From contig NC_019683.1 in assembly GCF_000316605.1 (NCBI RefSeq), positions 478,036-542,035 of the forward strand: a stretch of DNA of 64,000 nt, read 5' to 3'. Below are positions 1-11,199 of the stretch, in pieces (the stretch's first letter is position 1; every line of letters starts with the position of its first letter). Both the position numbers and the translations under genes were made by a program. The notes under the pieces are model-generated. The model was given only the letters and a program-made list of their open reading frames with translations. It ran no database searches and was not told where the DNA came from. Origin of the DNA: [Leptolyngbya] sp. PCC 7376 (GTDB taxonomy: Bacteria > Cyanobacteriota > Cyanobacteriia > Cyanobacteriales > MRBY01).

Positions 1-485
1 CTACAGATAAGGAGAGCTTTCTTTAACGTTAGCGTGAAGTTTTTTGAGGAGAGTTCTAATCGAATATTTTGTCGTTTTTCTTAAACATTAATGTGATTTT
101 ATGTTTGATTTCTTTTTGAAAGTCCCATGACTTTGACAATATTCTCTGATCAACAAAAAGATAATATTAAGATTAGGAAAATGAATCCTAATAGCTTGTG
201 TTCTGGGGATCATGCTAAAAGCTTCTTCGATTTTATGCTGTGGGTTAATACGAGTTTTCTTGTACGGGTTTCTTCGCAAGTTAAAATTTTAATGTTTATC
301 TAAGGATTGCTTAGGGTATTCGTTGTAAATGCTATTTTTCTTCGTTTCTTGAGGCTATGGAGAGCTGAGATATCAAGTTAGGTTAAGAGTGGTGTAAAGG
401 TATTTTAAGAAGATATAAGAACCTGTTTTAAAAGTCGGAGGTGATCGCCCATCACTTCACGATCTTTACGTGTATTACTCGGAGA

Positions 486-1217
486 TTATTCCGGTTGAGG
501 ATAGTCATCCCAGAGGCTACAGTTTTGACGAAGACTGCTGAAATTATCATGCCCAAGAATGAGATGATCCATGAGAGGAATCCCAATGATTTGGGCGGCT
601 TGGAGGAGGCGTTCGGTCAGTTGGAGGTCTGTATTACTGGCTTCGAGGCTACCGGAGGGATGGTTGTGGGCAATGATAATGCGGGCAGCTCCCTGTTTAA
701 TCACTTCGCGAAACACTTCTCTAGGATGGGCGAGGGTTTCGGTGGCGAGTCCGATGGTAATTACTTTGGTCGCAATTAGCTTGTTTTTCACATCGAGGCA
801 CAGCACCGCAAATCGTTCTTGTTCCTGCCACATCAGGTCATTGCTGAGGGCGATCGCCGCCGCTTCGGGACTATCAATAATGACTTTTTCTCTGGGTTTT
901 GCTTGAAAAACACGTTTGCCAAGTTCGATACCTGCCAGGATTTGGGCAGCTTTGGCAGGCCCTACTCCTTGAATATTGGTAAGTTCTTGGGGATTGGCAC
1001 TACGGAGAATATCAAACGGATCTCGCTTGCCCTGACTAAAGGTTTGCAAAATCAATTGAGCGAGGCCAATGGCTGATAATCCTTGGTGGCGATCGCCCGA
1101 GCCAATCAAAATAGCGAGAAGTTCCGCATTGGAGAGATATTTGGCACCAATTTCGACAAGTCGTTCTCTGGGTCTTTCACTGGCTGGAATATCTTGAAGA
1201 CGGGGACTATAGCTCAT
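486..1217 (-). CDS. radC: RadC-like JAB-domain protein (UPF0758, DNA repair protein RadC)
   Basis: N-terminal HhH region ([14 protein letters not shown]) and C-terminal JAMM motif HNHPSG followed by E..S..D; typical 243-aa length. Confidence 0.85.
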   Translation of the reverse strand: MSYSPRLQDIPASERPRERLVEIGAKYLSNAELLAILIGSGDRHQGLSAIGLAQLILQTFSQGKRDPFDILRSANPQELTNIQGVGPAKAAQILAGIELGKRVFQAKPREKVIIDSPEAAAIALSNDLMWQEQERFAVLCLDVKNKLIATKVITIGLATETLAHPREVFREVIKQGAARIIIAHNHPSGSLEASNTDLQLTERLLQAAQIIGIPLMDHLILGHDNFSSLRQNCSLWDDYPQPE

Positions 1218-1303
1218 TCGCCATCCTTTCTAAAGTTTGCGAGGGGTGGCATCGTGTCAGTTCTGCCTCCACAAATTTTAGGCGATCGCCCGAGCTCTAG
1301 ACT

Positions 1304-1846
1304 TTAAGACTCAATGAAGCTCACCGTCATCTCATCCCCTTCTGTCAAATTAATCTCATCAGACAAGCCACCGCGAATTTCAATCACCTGATCAATATCG
1401 CGTGGTGTTCCGTAGGTGGGGCAAGGTTCCGTTTCACAGGGCGGCACATCGCGGGCGATCGCCTGAACAACACCATCTTTTAGGAAAATAATATCGAGAT
1501 TAATCAGACAATTTTTCATCCAGAAGCTCACAGGACGAGCCGGCTCAAACTCAAACAACATCCCCCGATTGTCCGGTAAAAAGTCGCGGTACATTAGCCC
1601 TAACTGTTGTTGCTCTTGGGTCGCAGCTACCTCTAGTTCAAAAGATTGACTCGATGACTCAATTGTTGCCGTAGCGGTAATGGGGAGCATCTGTCCTTGA
1701 GGTGTTGGCGTTGTCACAACAGGTTGGGATGTTTCCGGAGGAGCTGTTGTTTCTGGATTAACACTATCGGGAGGTGCCGGTACACAACCGATTAGCAGAA
1801 CACCACAGAAGAGATAAGGCAATAAGCGTTGGGGCAAAGTCATCAT
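1304..1846 (-). CDS. DUF192 (COG1430) domain lipoprotein
   Basis: N-terminal signal/lipobox (LLIGCVPAPP), Pro/Thr-rich linker, conserved MLFEF...WMKNCLINLDIIFL DUF192 core. Confidence 0.6.
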   Translation of the reverse strand: MMTLPQRLLPYLFCGVLLIGCVPAPPDSVNPETTAPPETSQPVVTTPTPQGQMLPITATATIESSSQSFELEVAATQEQQQLGLMYRDFLPDNRGMLFEFEPARPVSFWMKNCLINLDIIFLKDGVVQAIARDVPPCETEPCPTYGTPRDIDQVIEIRGGLSDEINLTEGDEMTVSFIES

Positions 1847-1951
1847 AAATTTTTAATAAATAAGGGCTAATAATTTTTTGCACCATGGAGTATTGATTCC
1901 CACTCTCACAATCTTTTGGGCTAAATTATGAGCTTGTAATTAGCAAAAAGG

Positions 1952-2692
1952 TTAACCATCTTTAAGAACATAGCCGACACCACGCACTGTTTGGATAAGG
2001 CGTTTATGGCCTTTGGTTTCCACTTTGAGGCGTAGATAACGGATATAAACTTCAATGACGTTCGATTCTCCCTGAAAGTCTTCACCCCAAACATTTTTTA
2101 AGATTTGCTCCCGTGTTAATACCTGCTGTGGATAGGACATGAGATACTTCAGCAGTTCAAATTCCTTGACGGTGAGGTCAATAATTTCAGGCGTTTGATC
2201 ATCTTCTGATTCTGCGTCTATGCTTGTGGGCGATCGCCATACCTGCCGACTATTGAGATCGAGGACAAGATCGCCAAATAAGAGCTGCTCTCGTTGTTCT
2301 GGCTGTGGTTGGAGATAAACGCTCAGTACTTGATTCAGCTTTTCTCGTTGATAAGGTTGTAGTAAATAGTCATCGGCGCCTGCTTCAAGACACACCACCC
2401 TTTCCTCTACCCGATCTTGGGTAACGAGAAACAAGATGGGGAACACACGATTGTCACTGCGGAGCATCCGACAAAATTCAATACCTTTTTTGCCAAGGAC
2501 GTTATAGTCCACGACGAGCATACTGGGAGATGTCTGCTGAATTCGCTGAAATCCCTGTTCTGGATCCTCGACGGCGATAGTTTGATAACCTACCTTGGCG
2601 AGATCTGCGCTAATTTTCTGATTGAAACTAGGGCTAGTACCTATAAGAAGAACATAGGCTAAACCATCGGTAAAAGCAGGGAACTGGGTCAT
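1952..2692 (-). CDS. OmpR-family two-component response regulator (receiver + winged-helix)
   Basis: Receiver-like N-domain; C-terminal trans_reg_C motifs (LTVKEFELLKYLMSYPQQVLTREQIL...RYLRLKVE...IQTVRGVGY). Confidence 0.85.
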   Translation of the reverse strand: MTQFPAFTDGLAYVLLIGTSPSFNQKISADLAKVGYQTIAVEDPEQGFQRIQQTSPSMLVVDYNVLGKKGIEFCRMLRSDNRVFPILFLVTQDRVEERVVCLEAGADDYLLQPYQREKLNQVLSVYLQPQPEQREQLLFGDLVLDLNSRQVWRSPTSIDAESEDDQTPEIIDLTVKEFELLKYLMSYPQQVLTREQILKNVWGEDFQGESNVIEVYIRYLRLKVETKGHKRLIQTVRGVGYVLKDG

Positions 2693-2859
2693 GGAAAAGG
2701 ATTAATTTTTTCCTCAGGCAAATGAATACTGACACTGTCTTGATTCTAAAAATTACCTAAGGGCTACAGCATAAATTTTTATAAACCCATTCTCATTTAC
2801 CCTAGGTAGACGCGTGGTGATCGCCGCACACAACTCACTTCAAGGAGTAAGCAGAGATA

Positions 2860-3810
2860 TTAAGTAAATTTACTTGAGGATGGTTTTGCGACATGAGGCA
2901 TTCCCCAACCGAGCTTTTCTCGCAAAATACGGAAAAATTCAGGACGTTGTAACCGCACAAATTTTGCGTTGTAGGGCGATCGCTCTAAATAAACCCGGTC
3001 TTCTGGGAGTACATAGGCACCACCATTACCATCTACCACCAGCATCAAACGGTGGGAAGTGGCTGGCACGATATTGACTGGCTCACTATCCGAAAAGACG
3101 AGGGCACGGGAGGCAAGGGAATGGGGGCAAATCGGCGCAAGCTGGAAGACTGGGACATCCGGTGTCACAACCGGGCCACCTGCGCTGAGAGAATAGGCTG
3201 TTGAACCTGTGGGAGTCGCAATAATAATGCCATCTGCTGCAATATCCACCGGGGCATGGCGACCAATCTGAAGTTCAAAGTGGCACATCCCAGCCAATGG
3301 CTCACGGTGAAGTACCATCTCATTTAGGCTTAGGGCTTCCCACAACAAGTCATCATCACGGAAGAGTTGCACCGCAATCATCGACCGCTCTTCAATCTCA
3401 TAATTTCCGGCTAGGAGTTCGGTGATCGCCTCATCGAGATGCTGGAGATATATTTCCGTTAGAAATCCTAAATGACCTGTATTTACCGTCAGCATTGGCA
3501 GACCCATCGGTGCCACTTGCCGTGCTGCAGATAGCACTGTTCCATCTCCCCCTAACACAATGACAAATGCCATCTCCTTATCGAAATTGGGTGGGATTAA
3601 TTGATCAATTTGCGTATGGCAAACGGGGCGATTTGTGACAGCAGGGGATGTTGCATCTGCTGGTTTCGCATATCCTAACAAACCACCAAAACCAGTTGCA
3701 GTCTCTACTTCCCAATCGTTCTGCCGCAACATTTTAGTGAGTTTTTGGGCAACTTGGCAGGCGATCGGTTTGATATCGTTGTAAATAATGCCAGCTTTAG
3801 GCACAAGCAA
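2860..3810 (-). CDS. nadK: NAD+ kinase
   Basis: GGDGT(VL) motif and [19 protein letters not shown]-kinase signature. Confidence 0.9.
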   Translation of the reverse strand: MLVPKAGIIYNDIKPIACQVAQKLTKMLRQNDWEVETATGFGGLLGYAKPADATSPAVTNRPVCHTQIDQLIPPNFDKEMAFVIVLGGDGTVLSAARQVAPMGLPMLTVNTGHLGFLTEIYLQHLDEAITELLAGNYEIEERSMIAVQLFRDDDLLWEALSLNEMVLHREPLAGMCHFELQIGRHAPVDIAADGIIIATPTGSTAYSLSAGGPVVTPDVPVFQLAPICPHSLASRALVFSDSEPVNIVPATSHRLMLVVDGNGGAYVLPEDRVYLERSPYNAKFVRLQRPEFFRILREKLGWGMPHVAKPSSSKFT

Positions 3811-3958
3811 AATTGTCCTGAAAACTTAGGGGATATAAGCCTATAGGTTATCATTTATGCTGCATTCCTCTAATGAGTGGATAGCAAGCATTTTGACCTC
3901 ATGGGAAGAGATATTAACGATTAAGCTTACGCATTAATGTCTCTTCCCAGAGCGTCAT

Positions 3959-4945
3959 TTAGAACGGAGTACGAATATTAGGCTTCTTCTTACCACTTTT
4001 CTTTTTATTCTTATTCTTCTCATAATCGATTTCCTTGAGCTTCTGCATAATACGACTGAAGTACTCCTGGAGATAGTTCTCAAGAGTTGTGGTATCTGCC
4101 GGGTCTAGCTCAAAGGTTTTGTAAACCTCTTCCATCGGTGCGTCAAGGGAATTGCCAGATGCCATCACCTCTGCAAAGGCAAGACGGTCAGATGCATTTT
4201 TGCTCCACTGGAAGAAACGAGTAATCGCTCGCATCAACCTAAGGAAACCGAGGGATAAGCGTGCAATACTAGACGGCTGACCAGAATATCGTTCACAAAT
4301 ACTAATAATCTCATCACCTTTCCAAGCACGGGTTCCAACAACAGGGAAAGAGCCTTTTTCGGTTGCTGGAATGTTTAATGCTTGTACCGCAAAACGGGCA
4401 ATATCCTGGGTATTCATATAGGCGATCGCCGAATTTTTTCCGGTGATCCAGACCGCCTGATTTTCGAGGATGGGGATTGCATATTGCGCAATCAAACCCT
4501 GCATGAAACCAGCAAGACGGAGGATGGTAAAGTCCATCTCCGCTTCTTCGAGATAGCGCTCTACACAATACTTTGCGTCCATGAGCGGCACTTCACGATA
4601 CTTCTCGGCATCGAGGATCGAGAAGAACACAAAGCGTGTAATACCAGCTTCCTTTGCTGCTTGGATTAAATTGACTTGACCTTGCCAATCAACTTCTTTT
4701 ACCCCAGCTGAATCCGTCGCACGGGCGGTCGCCGCATCGATAATGGCATCAATACCTTCGAGGGCAGGCGGCAAAGATTCTGGCTGGCAGATATTTCCAC
4801 CAACTAATTCTGCACCCCATTCCTTAAGAAAAGAGGCTTTGCGGGCGCTTCTAACAAGACAACGCACTTGATGACCTTCATCTAATGCTCGCCGCGCGAC
4901 CTGTCTGCCTAAAGTGCCCGTAGCACCGACCACCAGTACATTCAT
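3959..4945 (-). CDS. ycf39: Ycf39-like NAD(P)-binding NmrA/SDR-family protein with Lys-rich C-terminal tail
   Basis: MNVLVVGATGTLGRQVARRALDEGHQVRCLVRS Rossmann start characteristic of cyanobacterial/plastid Ycf39; 328 aa. Confidence 0.75.
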   Translation of the reverse strand: MNVLVVGATGTLGRQVARRALDEGHQVRCLVRSARKASFLKEWGAELVGGNICQPESLPPALEGIDAIIDAATARATDSAGVKEVDWQGQVNLIQAAKEAGITRFVFFSILDAEKYREVPLMDAKYCVERYLEEAEMDFTILRLAGFMQGLIAQYAIPILENQAVWITGKNSAIAYMNTQDIARFAVQALNIPATEKGSFPVVGTRAWKGDEIISICERYSGQPSSIARLSLGFLRLMRAITRFFQWSKNASDRLAFAEVMASGNSLDAPMEEVYKTFELDPADTTTLENYLQEYFSRIMQKLKEIDYEKNKNKKKSGKKKPNIRTPF

Positions 4946-5101
4946 TTAAATTTCGGTTAAGTAACGTTTTTTTAAGATTTTATAAGATCTTATCAGAAAT
5001 TGTTCGGTATTCCTGAGGATATCCCCCCAAAGAGGTTCTCCAAGGGTTTTGGGATTTTGTCTACAATCAAGGGGACAATCTCACTGTGAGCCTACTGTTT
5101 T

Positions 5102-5767
5102 ATGTTTTTTGGTTTACTCGGTAAAAAATCCGAAATGCCCAAGCCAGATCAGGCACTTCCCGGTCGCGATCACCAGATGCCTGTTCCCGGTCAGCACTTT
5201 GTAAACGGCAATCCCATTAAGGGGCCTTTCCCTGAATCTATTGAACTCGCAATGTTCGGTTTGGGCTGTTTTTGGGGTGCAGAACGCAAATTTTGGCAAA
5301 CTGAAGGTGTTTATAGCACTGCGGTAGGCTATGCGGCGGGTTACACCAAAAATCCTACTTACCAAGAAGTTTGCTCTGGGATGACGGGCCATAACGAAGT
5401 TGTCCTCGTTGCCTATGACCCCGCTCAGGTCTCCTACGACACATTATTAAAAGTCTTTTGGGAAAGTCATAACCCCACCCAAGGCATGCGCCAAGGTAAT
5501 GATGCTGGCACTCAATATCGTTCTGGTATCTACGCTTATACGGATGCTCAAAAGCAGGCTGCGGAAGCATCTCTGAAAATGTATCAAGGGGCGATCGCCG
5601 AGAAAGGTTACGGCCAAATCACCACAGAGATTCTTGATGCGCCCGAATTTTATTATGCTGAAGAATATCACCAGCAATATCTCGCTAAGAACCCGGGTGG
5701 TTACTGCGGTTTAGGCGGTACAGGTGTTACTTGTTCGATTGGTTTAGGCGTCGCTGACGCGAACTAA
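5102..5767 (+). CDS. msrA: peptide methionine-S-sulfoxide reductase MsrA
   Basis: GCFWGAE active-site motif; full-length MsrA fold; terminator downstream. Confidence 0.9.
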   Translation: MFFGLLGKKSEMPKPDQALPGRDHQMPVPGQHFVNGNPIKGPFPESIELAMFGLGCFWGAERKFWQTEGVYSTAVGYAAGYTKNPTYQEVCSGMTGHNEVVLVAYDPAQVSYDTLLKVFWESHNPTQGMRQGNDAGTQYRSGIYAYTDAQKQAAEASLKMYQGAIAEKGYGQITTEILDAPEFYYAEEYHQQYLAKNPGGYCGLGGTGVTCSIGLGVADAN

Positions 5768-5817
5768 TTTGATGAACTAACTCACCTTTGCATTTGAGGT
5801 AGTGTAATTACGAAAGT

Positions 5818-5848
5818 CCTCCCGATTGAATCGAGGGGATTTTTTATT
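5818..5848 (+). terminator. rho-independent terminator after msrA
   Basis: Hairpin cctcccga-ttgaa-tcgagggg followed by attttttatt. Confidence 0.55.
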
Positions 5849-5877
5849 GCAAGGTGATGGCGATCGCCTGAAACTAC

Positions 5878-6102
5878 CTAGCCTTGAGAGAGGATAAAGG
5901 TTAAAAACGCATAGGTTTTTGGCGTATCAAAACGATACTCATTAGCTTGATAGTCAATGATGTAATCGCCTTTGACTTGTCCACAAGCAGTGCAAACGAC
6001 CATATGTTTATTAAGTGCATCGACACTCAGCCTGAGAATTTCCTGTTTAAGCCACTCATCAAATTGAGGATTATCGAAAACTGCAGAGGAAGCTGTACTC
6101 AT
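5878..6102 (-). CDS. hypothetical small protein (74 aa)
   Basis: ORF only; flanked by HIP1 sites; CxxC motif (CTACGQ); no recognisable family. Confidence 0.3.
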   Translation of the reverse strand: MSTASSAVFDNPQFDEWLKQEILRLSVDALNKHMVVCTACGQVKGDYIIDYQANEYRFDTPKTYAFLTFILSQG

Positions 6103-6299
6103 AATTTCTACAAAATGACTGAACAGAAGAGAACAAACATTAGAATTTATTGCTCATATTAGCCCACTTCCCCTTGGAATTCTGAACATCGCTGTATGAG
6201 CGCCAATTCAAGAATAGTTGCGTTTTGGGGAGGAGCGTAGACGAAGCCGCTATAATTACACACCGTAAATATTGACTTAGCGCAAGAGTAGAGAAGACT

Positions 6300-6935
6300 G
6301 TGGCGTCCAATCGGATTTTGGCGGTGATCAACGGGAAGGGTGGCGTGGGAAAAACCACGACTGCAGTAAATCTCTCGGCAATTTTTGCGGAAAAACAAAA
6401 GGTATTGTTAGTCGATAGTGATCCTCAGGGATCGGCAGCTTGGTGGGTTGATCGCAATCCTGAGCAGTGGAACCTGGATATTAGTATTGAGAAGAAGCCA
6501 AATTCACTTAAGAATTTACGGCAAATAGAAGGCTACGATCTGATTGTGGTAGATACGCCGCCAGCTTTGCGCTCAGAAGCTCTCAAAGCAGTGCTACAAA
6601 CAGCAGACTCTGTTGTTTTACCAACGCCTCCTGCACCGATGGATTTAAGTGCGCTCATCGAAACTGTGCAAACGGCGATTAAGCCTGTGGGAGTATCACA
6701 TCGCGTTCTGCTAACGAAGGTTGATAGTCGTAGTTTGCGGGAAAGTATCGATGCCCAAAATACTTTAATCGAGCTGGGCATTCCGGTGTGCCATTCGTTT
6801 GTGCGGGCGTATAAAGCTCATGAACAAGCGGTCTTAGCTGGCGTTCCCATTAGTCAGATGCGTGGTAAAAAGACTAAGGATGCAGAAACGGACTATCGTC
6901 GCGTCGCGGATGAATTGCAACGGGATTGGACATAA
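6300..6935 (+). CDS. ParA/MinD-family P-loop ATPase (GTG start); candidate type-2 McdA
   Basis: Deviant Walker A with signature lysine KGGVGKTT, Walker B LIVVDTPP; 211 aa; immediately followed by coiled-coil partner gene. Confidence 0.85.
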   Translation: MASNRILAVINGKGGVGKTTTAVNLSAIFAEKQKVLLVDSDPQGSAAWWVDRNPEQWNLDISIEKKPNSLKNLRQIEGYDLIVVDTPPALRSEALKAVLQTADSVVLPTPPAPMDLSALIETVQTAIKPVGVSHRVLLTKVDSRSLRESIDAQNTLIELGIPVCHSFVRAYKAHEQAVLAGVPISQMRGKKTKDAETDYRRVADELQRDWT

Positions 6936-6950
6936 ATTAACGGGGGACTT

Positions 6951-7598
6951 ATGGCAACGAGTAAACAGAATTTATCGGATCTACTCCGGCAGGAAGTAAA
7001 ACAGGACACCACAGAGAAAGGTAAGGAGGCAGCCGCCGCTAAGCCTAAGGCCGCAGCTAAAAAGGTTGAATTACCGACGCAACCCTCGGCAACTGCGTTG
7101 TCCCGGATGACAAAGGCACAACTTTTAAAGCATATTGAATGGTTGCAAAGTCAGCCATCTGAGGTGAAGGCGGCTCCTATTCCTGATGCAGAAGCTGAAA
7201 AAGCGGCTGCGGAAGCAAAAAAAGTGGCTGCGAAAAATGCAGCCTTAGCGAAGCAGGTTAAGGCGCTAGAAGGTGAAATCGCGACTCAAAACAAGGCGAT
7301 CGCCACGGCAGAGAAAACCATTAAAACTCTCAAAACAGATTCTGCTGAAAAAACAAAATTAAAGAAAGAGTTAACGAAGCAGCAGGGTTTAGTGGAAAAA
7401 CTCTATGCACAGGTGCAGGTGCTTGAAGCTGAAGTGAATAAACCAGAGCCAGAACCGAAACCAGAGCCTAAAGAGCGCACTGTGGATGAAGACCGAGCAT
7501 TAGTGTTGGCGCGTATTTCTAGCTATCAAGCTAATTTGCAATTTCCGACACAACCGGCTTCTAGCATTCCTGAAGAAGATATTGGCTGGTTTGACTAG
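6951..7598 (+). CDS. charged Ala/Lys/Glu-rich coiled-coil protein, ParA partner; candidate McdB-like adaptor
   Basis: 15-nt downstream of the ParA gene on the same strand; low-complexity N-terminus, central heptad coiled coil, Pro/Glu repeat, C-terminus ...EEDIGWFD with Trp third from end. Confidence 0.5.
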   Translation: MATSKQNLSDLLRQEVKQDTTEKGKEAAAAKPKAAAKKVELPTQPSATALSRMTKAQLLKHIEWLQSQPSEVKAAPIPDAEAEKAAAEAKKVAAKNAALAKQVKALEGEIATQNKAIATAEKTIKTLKTDSAEKTKLKKELTKQQGLVEKLYAQVQVLEAEVNKPEPEPKPEPKERTVDEDRALVLARISSYQANLQFPTQPASSIPEEDIGWFD

Positions 7599-7680
7599 GG
7601 AAAACCATAAATGTCTTAAATTCTTCAGATTGATAGAATAAATCTAAGAATTTTTACTGAAATAACTTTGATAATCGATT

Positions 7681-8631
7681 ATGTTTAAACGCTTTTTATA
7701 CGGAGCTTTGGCAGTGATGCTGTCCTTTGCGCTCATTTTTACCCCAGCAGATAATGCTTGGGCGGCGCGCAGTGGTGGTCGTATGGGTGGCGGCTCTTTC
7801 CGTAGAAGTATGCCCAGTCGGAGTTATTCGGCTCCTGCTCGCCGTGCGCCCGTTGGTGGTGGCTATGGTTATGGCTATGGCGGTGGCTTTGGTTTCCCTT
7901 TCCTCTTACCCTTCTTTGGCTTTGGCGGCTTTAGCGGTATCTTTGGCATCTTCATCATGCTGGCGATCGCCAGTTTCTTGGTGCGCACATTCCAAAATGT
8001 GATGGCTGGCGGTAATGAAGGAGATAGCCTTAATGGTTACTCCTACTCTGGTACTCCGTCCAACCAAATCTCTGTAGCGAAAGTGCAAGTGGGTTTGTTG
8101 GCACAGGCGCGGGATTTACAAAAAGATTTAGACAAGTTGGCGGCAACTGCTGACACTGGTACCCAAGCTGGTCGTGCGAAGGTGCTGCAAGAGTCCACTT
8201 TGGCCTTGCTCCGTCACCCTGAATATTGGGTGTATGGTGCGGCTGAGACAACAAAGTCTGGTGTTGATGCGGCAGAAGCAAAATTTAATCAGTTGGCGCT
8301 CGGTGAACGTAGTAAATTCACTGCTGAGACCCTAACCAACGTCAATAATGAGCTTAATGTTCAGGCGAAAAGTGATGTGTCTGATCTCGTTAAAACTGAA
8401 GAAAATAATAACGAGTACATTATGGTGACCATCATTGCTGGTTCTCTCGGAAAACTCGATTTACCGAAAATTAATGATTCCCAAAGTCTTGAAAAAGCCA
8501 TTCGTCAAGTGGGTGCGCTCGGTGGCGATCGCCTCTTAGCTCTGGAGGTTCTATGGACACCCCAAGCAAAAGGTGACACCCTCAGCACAGACGATATTTT
8601 GACCTACTACCCCGATATCAAGCTCGTTTAG
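7681..8631 (+). CDS. DUF1517-family membrane protein with Gly/Tyr-rich low-complexity segment
   Basis: Signal peptide, GGGYGYGYGGGFGFPF region, hydrophobic helix, then conserved DUF1517 core (VAKVQVGLLAQARDLQKDLDKLA...). Confidence 0.7.
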   Translation: MFKRFLYGALAVMLSFALIFTPADNAWAARSGGRMGGGSFRRSMPSRSYSAPARRAPVGGGYGYGYGGGFGFPFLLPFFGFGGFSGIFGIFIMLAIASFLVRTFQNVMAGGNEGDSLNGYSYSGTPSNQISVAKVQVGLLAQARDLQKDLDKLAATADTGTQAGRAKVLQESTLALLRHPEYWVYGAAETTKSGVDAAEAKFNQLALGERSKFTAETLTNVNNELNVQAKSDVSDLVKTEENNNEYIMVTIIAGSLGKLDLPKINDSQSLEKAIRQVGALGGDRLLALEVLWTPQAKGDTLSTDDILTYYPDIKLV

Positions 8632-8653
8632 AACAAGCTTAATTCTCCAGATA

Positions 8654-8681
8654 TCCTCCTAATTTAGGGAGGATTTTTTTT
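8654..8681 (+). terminator. rho-independent terminator after DUF1517 gene
   Basis: tcctcc-taattta-gggagga hairpin followed by 8 T. Confidence 0.6.
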
Positions 8682-8690
8682 GCCCAATTT

Positions 8691-10019
8691 TTAGATGCTA
8701 TCGGTCACACTACTGAAATGGAAAGCGCTGGTTTTGATGGCTGGGACAACTGAACTGCCATGACGTTCTGGTGTGGCGATCGCCTCGATATTATTCAGTA
8801 GATTCGGGAGGGTTTCATTAAAACGGAGATTATAGATCGGTTGGGCGAGTTTCCCATTCTCAATCCAAAATGCCCCGTCTCGTGTCATGCCAGTTAGCTC
8901 TAAAGTCTTACGATTTACCGACTGAACATACCAAGCGCGATTCACGAAAATGCCCCGCTCTGTACCAGCAATCAAGTCCGCCAAGGTTTGGTCTGTGCCA
9001 GCCATAACTAATGGGAAGAAACTGCCATTCGGTGCACAGTTTTTTTGGGTGGCCCAATAGCGGTCGTAATTAAGATTTTTGACCACGCCCGCCTCAATAA
9101 TCGGTAGGCGATCGCCCGGTAAGCCGCCACTACTGAACGCACTAAATTGAAACAACGGATGGTTCGGGTCGCGATAAAGATTGACCTTGTCGTTAAACAG
9201 TTTTTCGCCGAGACGATTACTTCCTTCTTCACCAGAGAAAAAGCTACGACCTTCATCAGCCGACCGCGCTGACATATTCCAAATCATTCGGGGAATGAGA
9301 TTGGCGATCGCCCCAGCTCCAAAGACCACCGGATAAGTATCTGGCTCCAATCGTGTTGGATTTTGAGCCATGGTCGCCCGCTGCAAAGTTGTTGCAACAA
9401 TTTGCTCAATGGGCAGCTCCTCAAGACCCCAGGCAGTGCGACTCCCCCAACTCGAACCATTTCCAATCTTCGCGGTAAAACTAAACTCTGCGTTGGTTTT
9501 TTTGTCGTAGGCTCGTAACCCTGCCGAATTGCCTAGTGCATAGGCGGTTGCGCTCGTACTGAGAATGCCAGACCCCTCTGTCCCCGCTGCGGCACTCTGC
9601 TGACAAACTTTTTGGATCAGTTCTCCCCGCTCCAGAGGTGAATAGCTGTAGGTTGCCTCATCAAACTTTGCTGAAAAATCTACGTAGGTTTGTGGTTCTA
9701 AAAGCGGAATCCATTCTGGATCAGCTGGAGCAACGCGTGCTAAATCCTCACTCCGACGGAGAGCCGAAATAATGCCGTCCAAGTCCTGTGCAACGGTTGT
9801 TACGCTGGCACTTTGTTGTTTGAAATAGCTAGTGATGCGGATTTCAAACTGATTTTTCTGGAGGTTTTGGCGAATTTGATTTTCCCCGAATCGCCCTAGC
9901 GCAGATTCCCGCTCCTCAATGTAGACGGAGACCCCATCTGATTCGGCTCGCGCAATGATTTTGTCTACCCAATCAAATGCCTGTTCCTGAGAAATGAGGC
10001 GTGGCGCAGTGGCAACCAT
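8691..10019 (-). CDS. TldD/PmbA-family metallopeptidase
   Basis: 442 aa, typical PmbA/TldD length and architecture; conserved C-terminal Gly-rich region. Confidence 0.8.
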   Translation of the reverse strand: MVATAPRLISQEQAFDWVDKIIARAESDGVSVYIEERESALGRFGENQIRQNLQKNQFEIRITSYFKQQSASVTTVAQDLDGIISALRRSEDLARVAPADPEWIPLLEPQTYVDFSAKFDEATYSYSPLERGELIQKVCQQSAAAGTEGSGILSTSATAYALGNSAGLRAYDKKTNAEFSFTAKIGNGSSWGSRTAWGLEELPIEQIVATTLQRATMAQNPTRLEPDTYPVVFGAGAIANLIPRMIWNMSARSADEGRSFFSGEEGSNRLGEKLFNDKVNLYRDPNHPLFQFSAFSSGGLPGDRLPIIEAGVVKNLNYDRYWATQKNCAPNGSFFPLVMAGTDQTLADLIAGTERGIFVNRAWYVQSVNRKTLELTGMTRDGAFWIENGKLAQPIYNLRFNETLPNLLNNIEAIATPERHGSSVVPAIKTSAFHFSSVTDSI

Positions 10020-10088
10020 AGTTAAATGCCTTTCTAGCTATACAAATTATCGTAACGCTAGAGCCGACTCGCGGTAAAAATGGCCTGT

Positions 10089-11051
10089 TTAACGACTCAT
10101 CTCCAGCATCTTTTGGATAGGCTTGAGGGCAGCGGTTGAAGTCGCTTCAGGCAATGTGATTTCGGGGGTCTTATTTTTCATCGCCAAATACAATTTTTCG
10201 AGGGTATTTAGGCGCATATGAGGACATTCGTTACAGGCGCAGGTCTCGTCAGTTGAAGGTGCAGGAATAAAGGTTTTGTCGGGACTATCCTTTTCCATCT
10301 GGTGGATGATGCCCGGCTCTGTCGCCACGATAAATGTTTGGTGATCGCTCTCTTTTGAATATTTCAGCAATGCTGTCGTAGAACCGATGTAATCAGCATG
10401 GCTAAGCACAGGAGTTTCACATTCGGGGTGCGCCAAGATTTCAGAGCCTGGATTTTCCACCTTTAGTTCGATAATGCGTTTCTCAGAGAAAGTTTCGTGG
10501 ACAATGCAACTACCTTCCCACAGCAATAAATCTCGACCCGTTTGCTCCATCACATACCGACCAAGGTTTTTATCTGGTGCAAAAATAATCGGCTGATCTT
10601 CAGGAATTTGATTGACGATTTTGACGGCGTTGGAGCTGGTGCAAATAATGTCGCTCATTGCCTTAATTTCGGCGGTGCAGTTGATATAGGAAATGACGAT
10701 ATGGTCTGGGTTTGCGGCCTTAAACTTTGCAAATTCGGTAGGGGGACAACTATCAGCCAAAGAGCATCCTGCATTGAGATCGGGTAACAAAACCAATTTG
10801 TGAGGATTCAAAATCTTCGCGGTTTCTGCCATGAAGTGCACTCCAGCAAAAACGATCACCTCTGCATCTGTTTCGGCAGCTTGACGAGATAGTCCGAGAG
10901 AATCACCGATATAGTCGGCAATGTCTTGGATATCTGGCTCTTGGTAGTAGTGCGCCAAGACAATCGCGTTTAAGTCTTTTTTTAGGTCGGCGATCGCCGC
11001 AAACAGATCAGTAGGAATTTTGGGAGTAGTGGGGCGGGCAGCAGTAAACAT
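10089..11051 (-). CDS. nadA: quinolinate synthase
   Basis: NadA hallmark VLAHYYQ, three Cys ligands for the 4Fe-4S cluster, 320 aa. Confidence 0.9.
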   Translation of the reverse strand: MFTAARPTTPKIPTDLFAAIADLKKDLNAIVLAHYYQEPDIQDIADYIGDSLGLSRQAAETDAEVIVFAGVHFMAETAKILNPHKLVLLPDLNAGCSLADSCPPTEFAKFKAANPDHIVISYINCTAEIKAMSDIICTSSNAVKIVNQIPEDQPIIFAPDKNLGRYVMEQTGRDLLLWEGSCIVHETFSEKRIIELKVENPGSEILAHPECETPVLSHADYIGSTTALLKYSKESDHQTFIVATEPGIIHQMEKDSPDKTFIPAPSTDETCACNECPHMRLNTLEKLYLAMKNKTPEITLPEATSTAALKPIQKMLEMSR

Positions 11052-11199
11052 GGTGCAGCAGTTCTCTCACTTATGGGTATAGAAACCTAGGCAAAACATG
11101 ATAACTGTTTATTTCCCAAATTAGTCTGTCTTCCCTGATTCTAGTGAGTATCAAAGTCGACTGAATACGTCACTATCTAGATTTTGCAACCTGAGATAT

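Noticed and set aside
441-1076. Three plus-strand ORFs (441..779, 571..906, 819..1076) overlapping radC
   Set aside because: They lie antisense to a well-supported RadC/JAB gene, have no RBS and no recognisable domains, and their composition is typical of antisense frames.
7841-7990. GGYGYGYGGGFGF low-complexity repeat
   Set aside because: Lies inside the DUF1517 coding sequence and encodes a Gly/Tyr-rich segment. Not an independent DNA repeat element.
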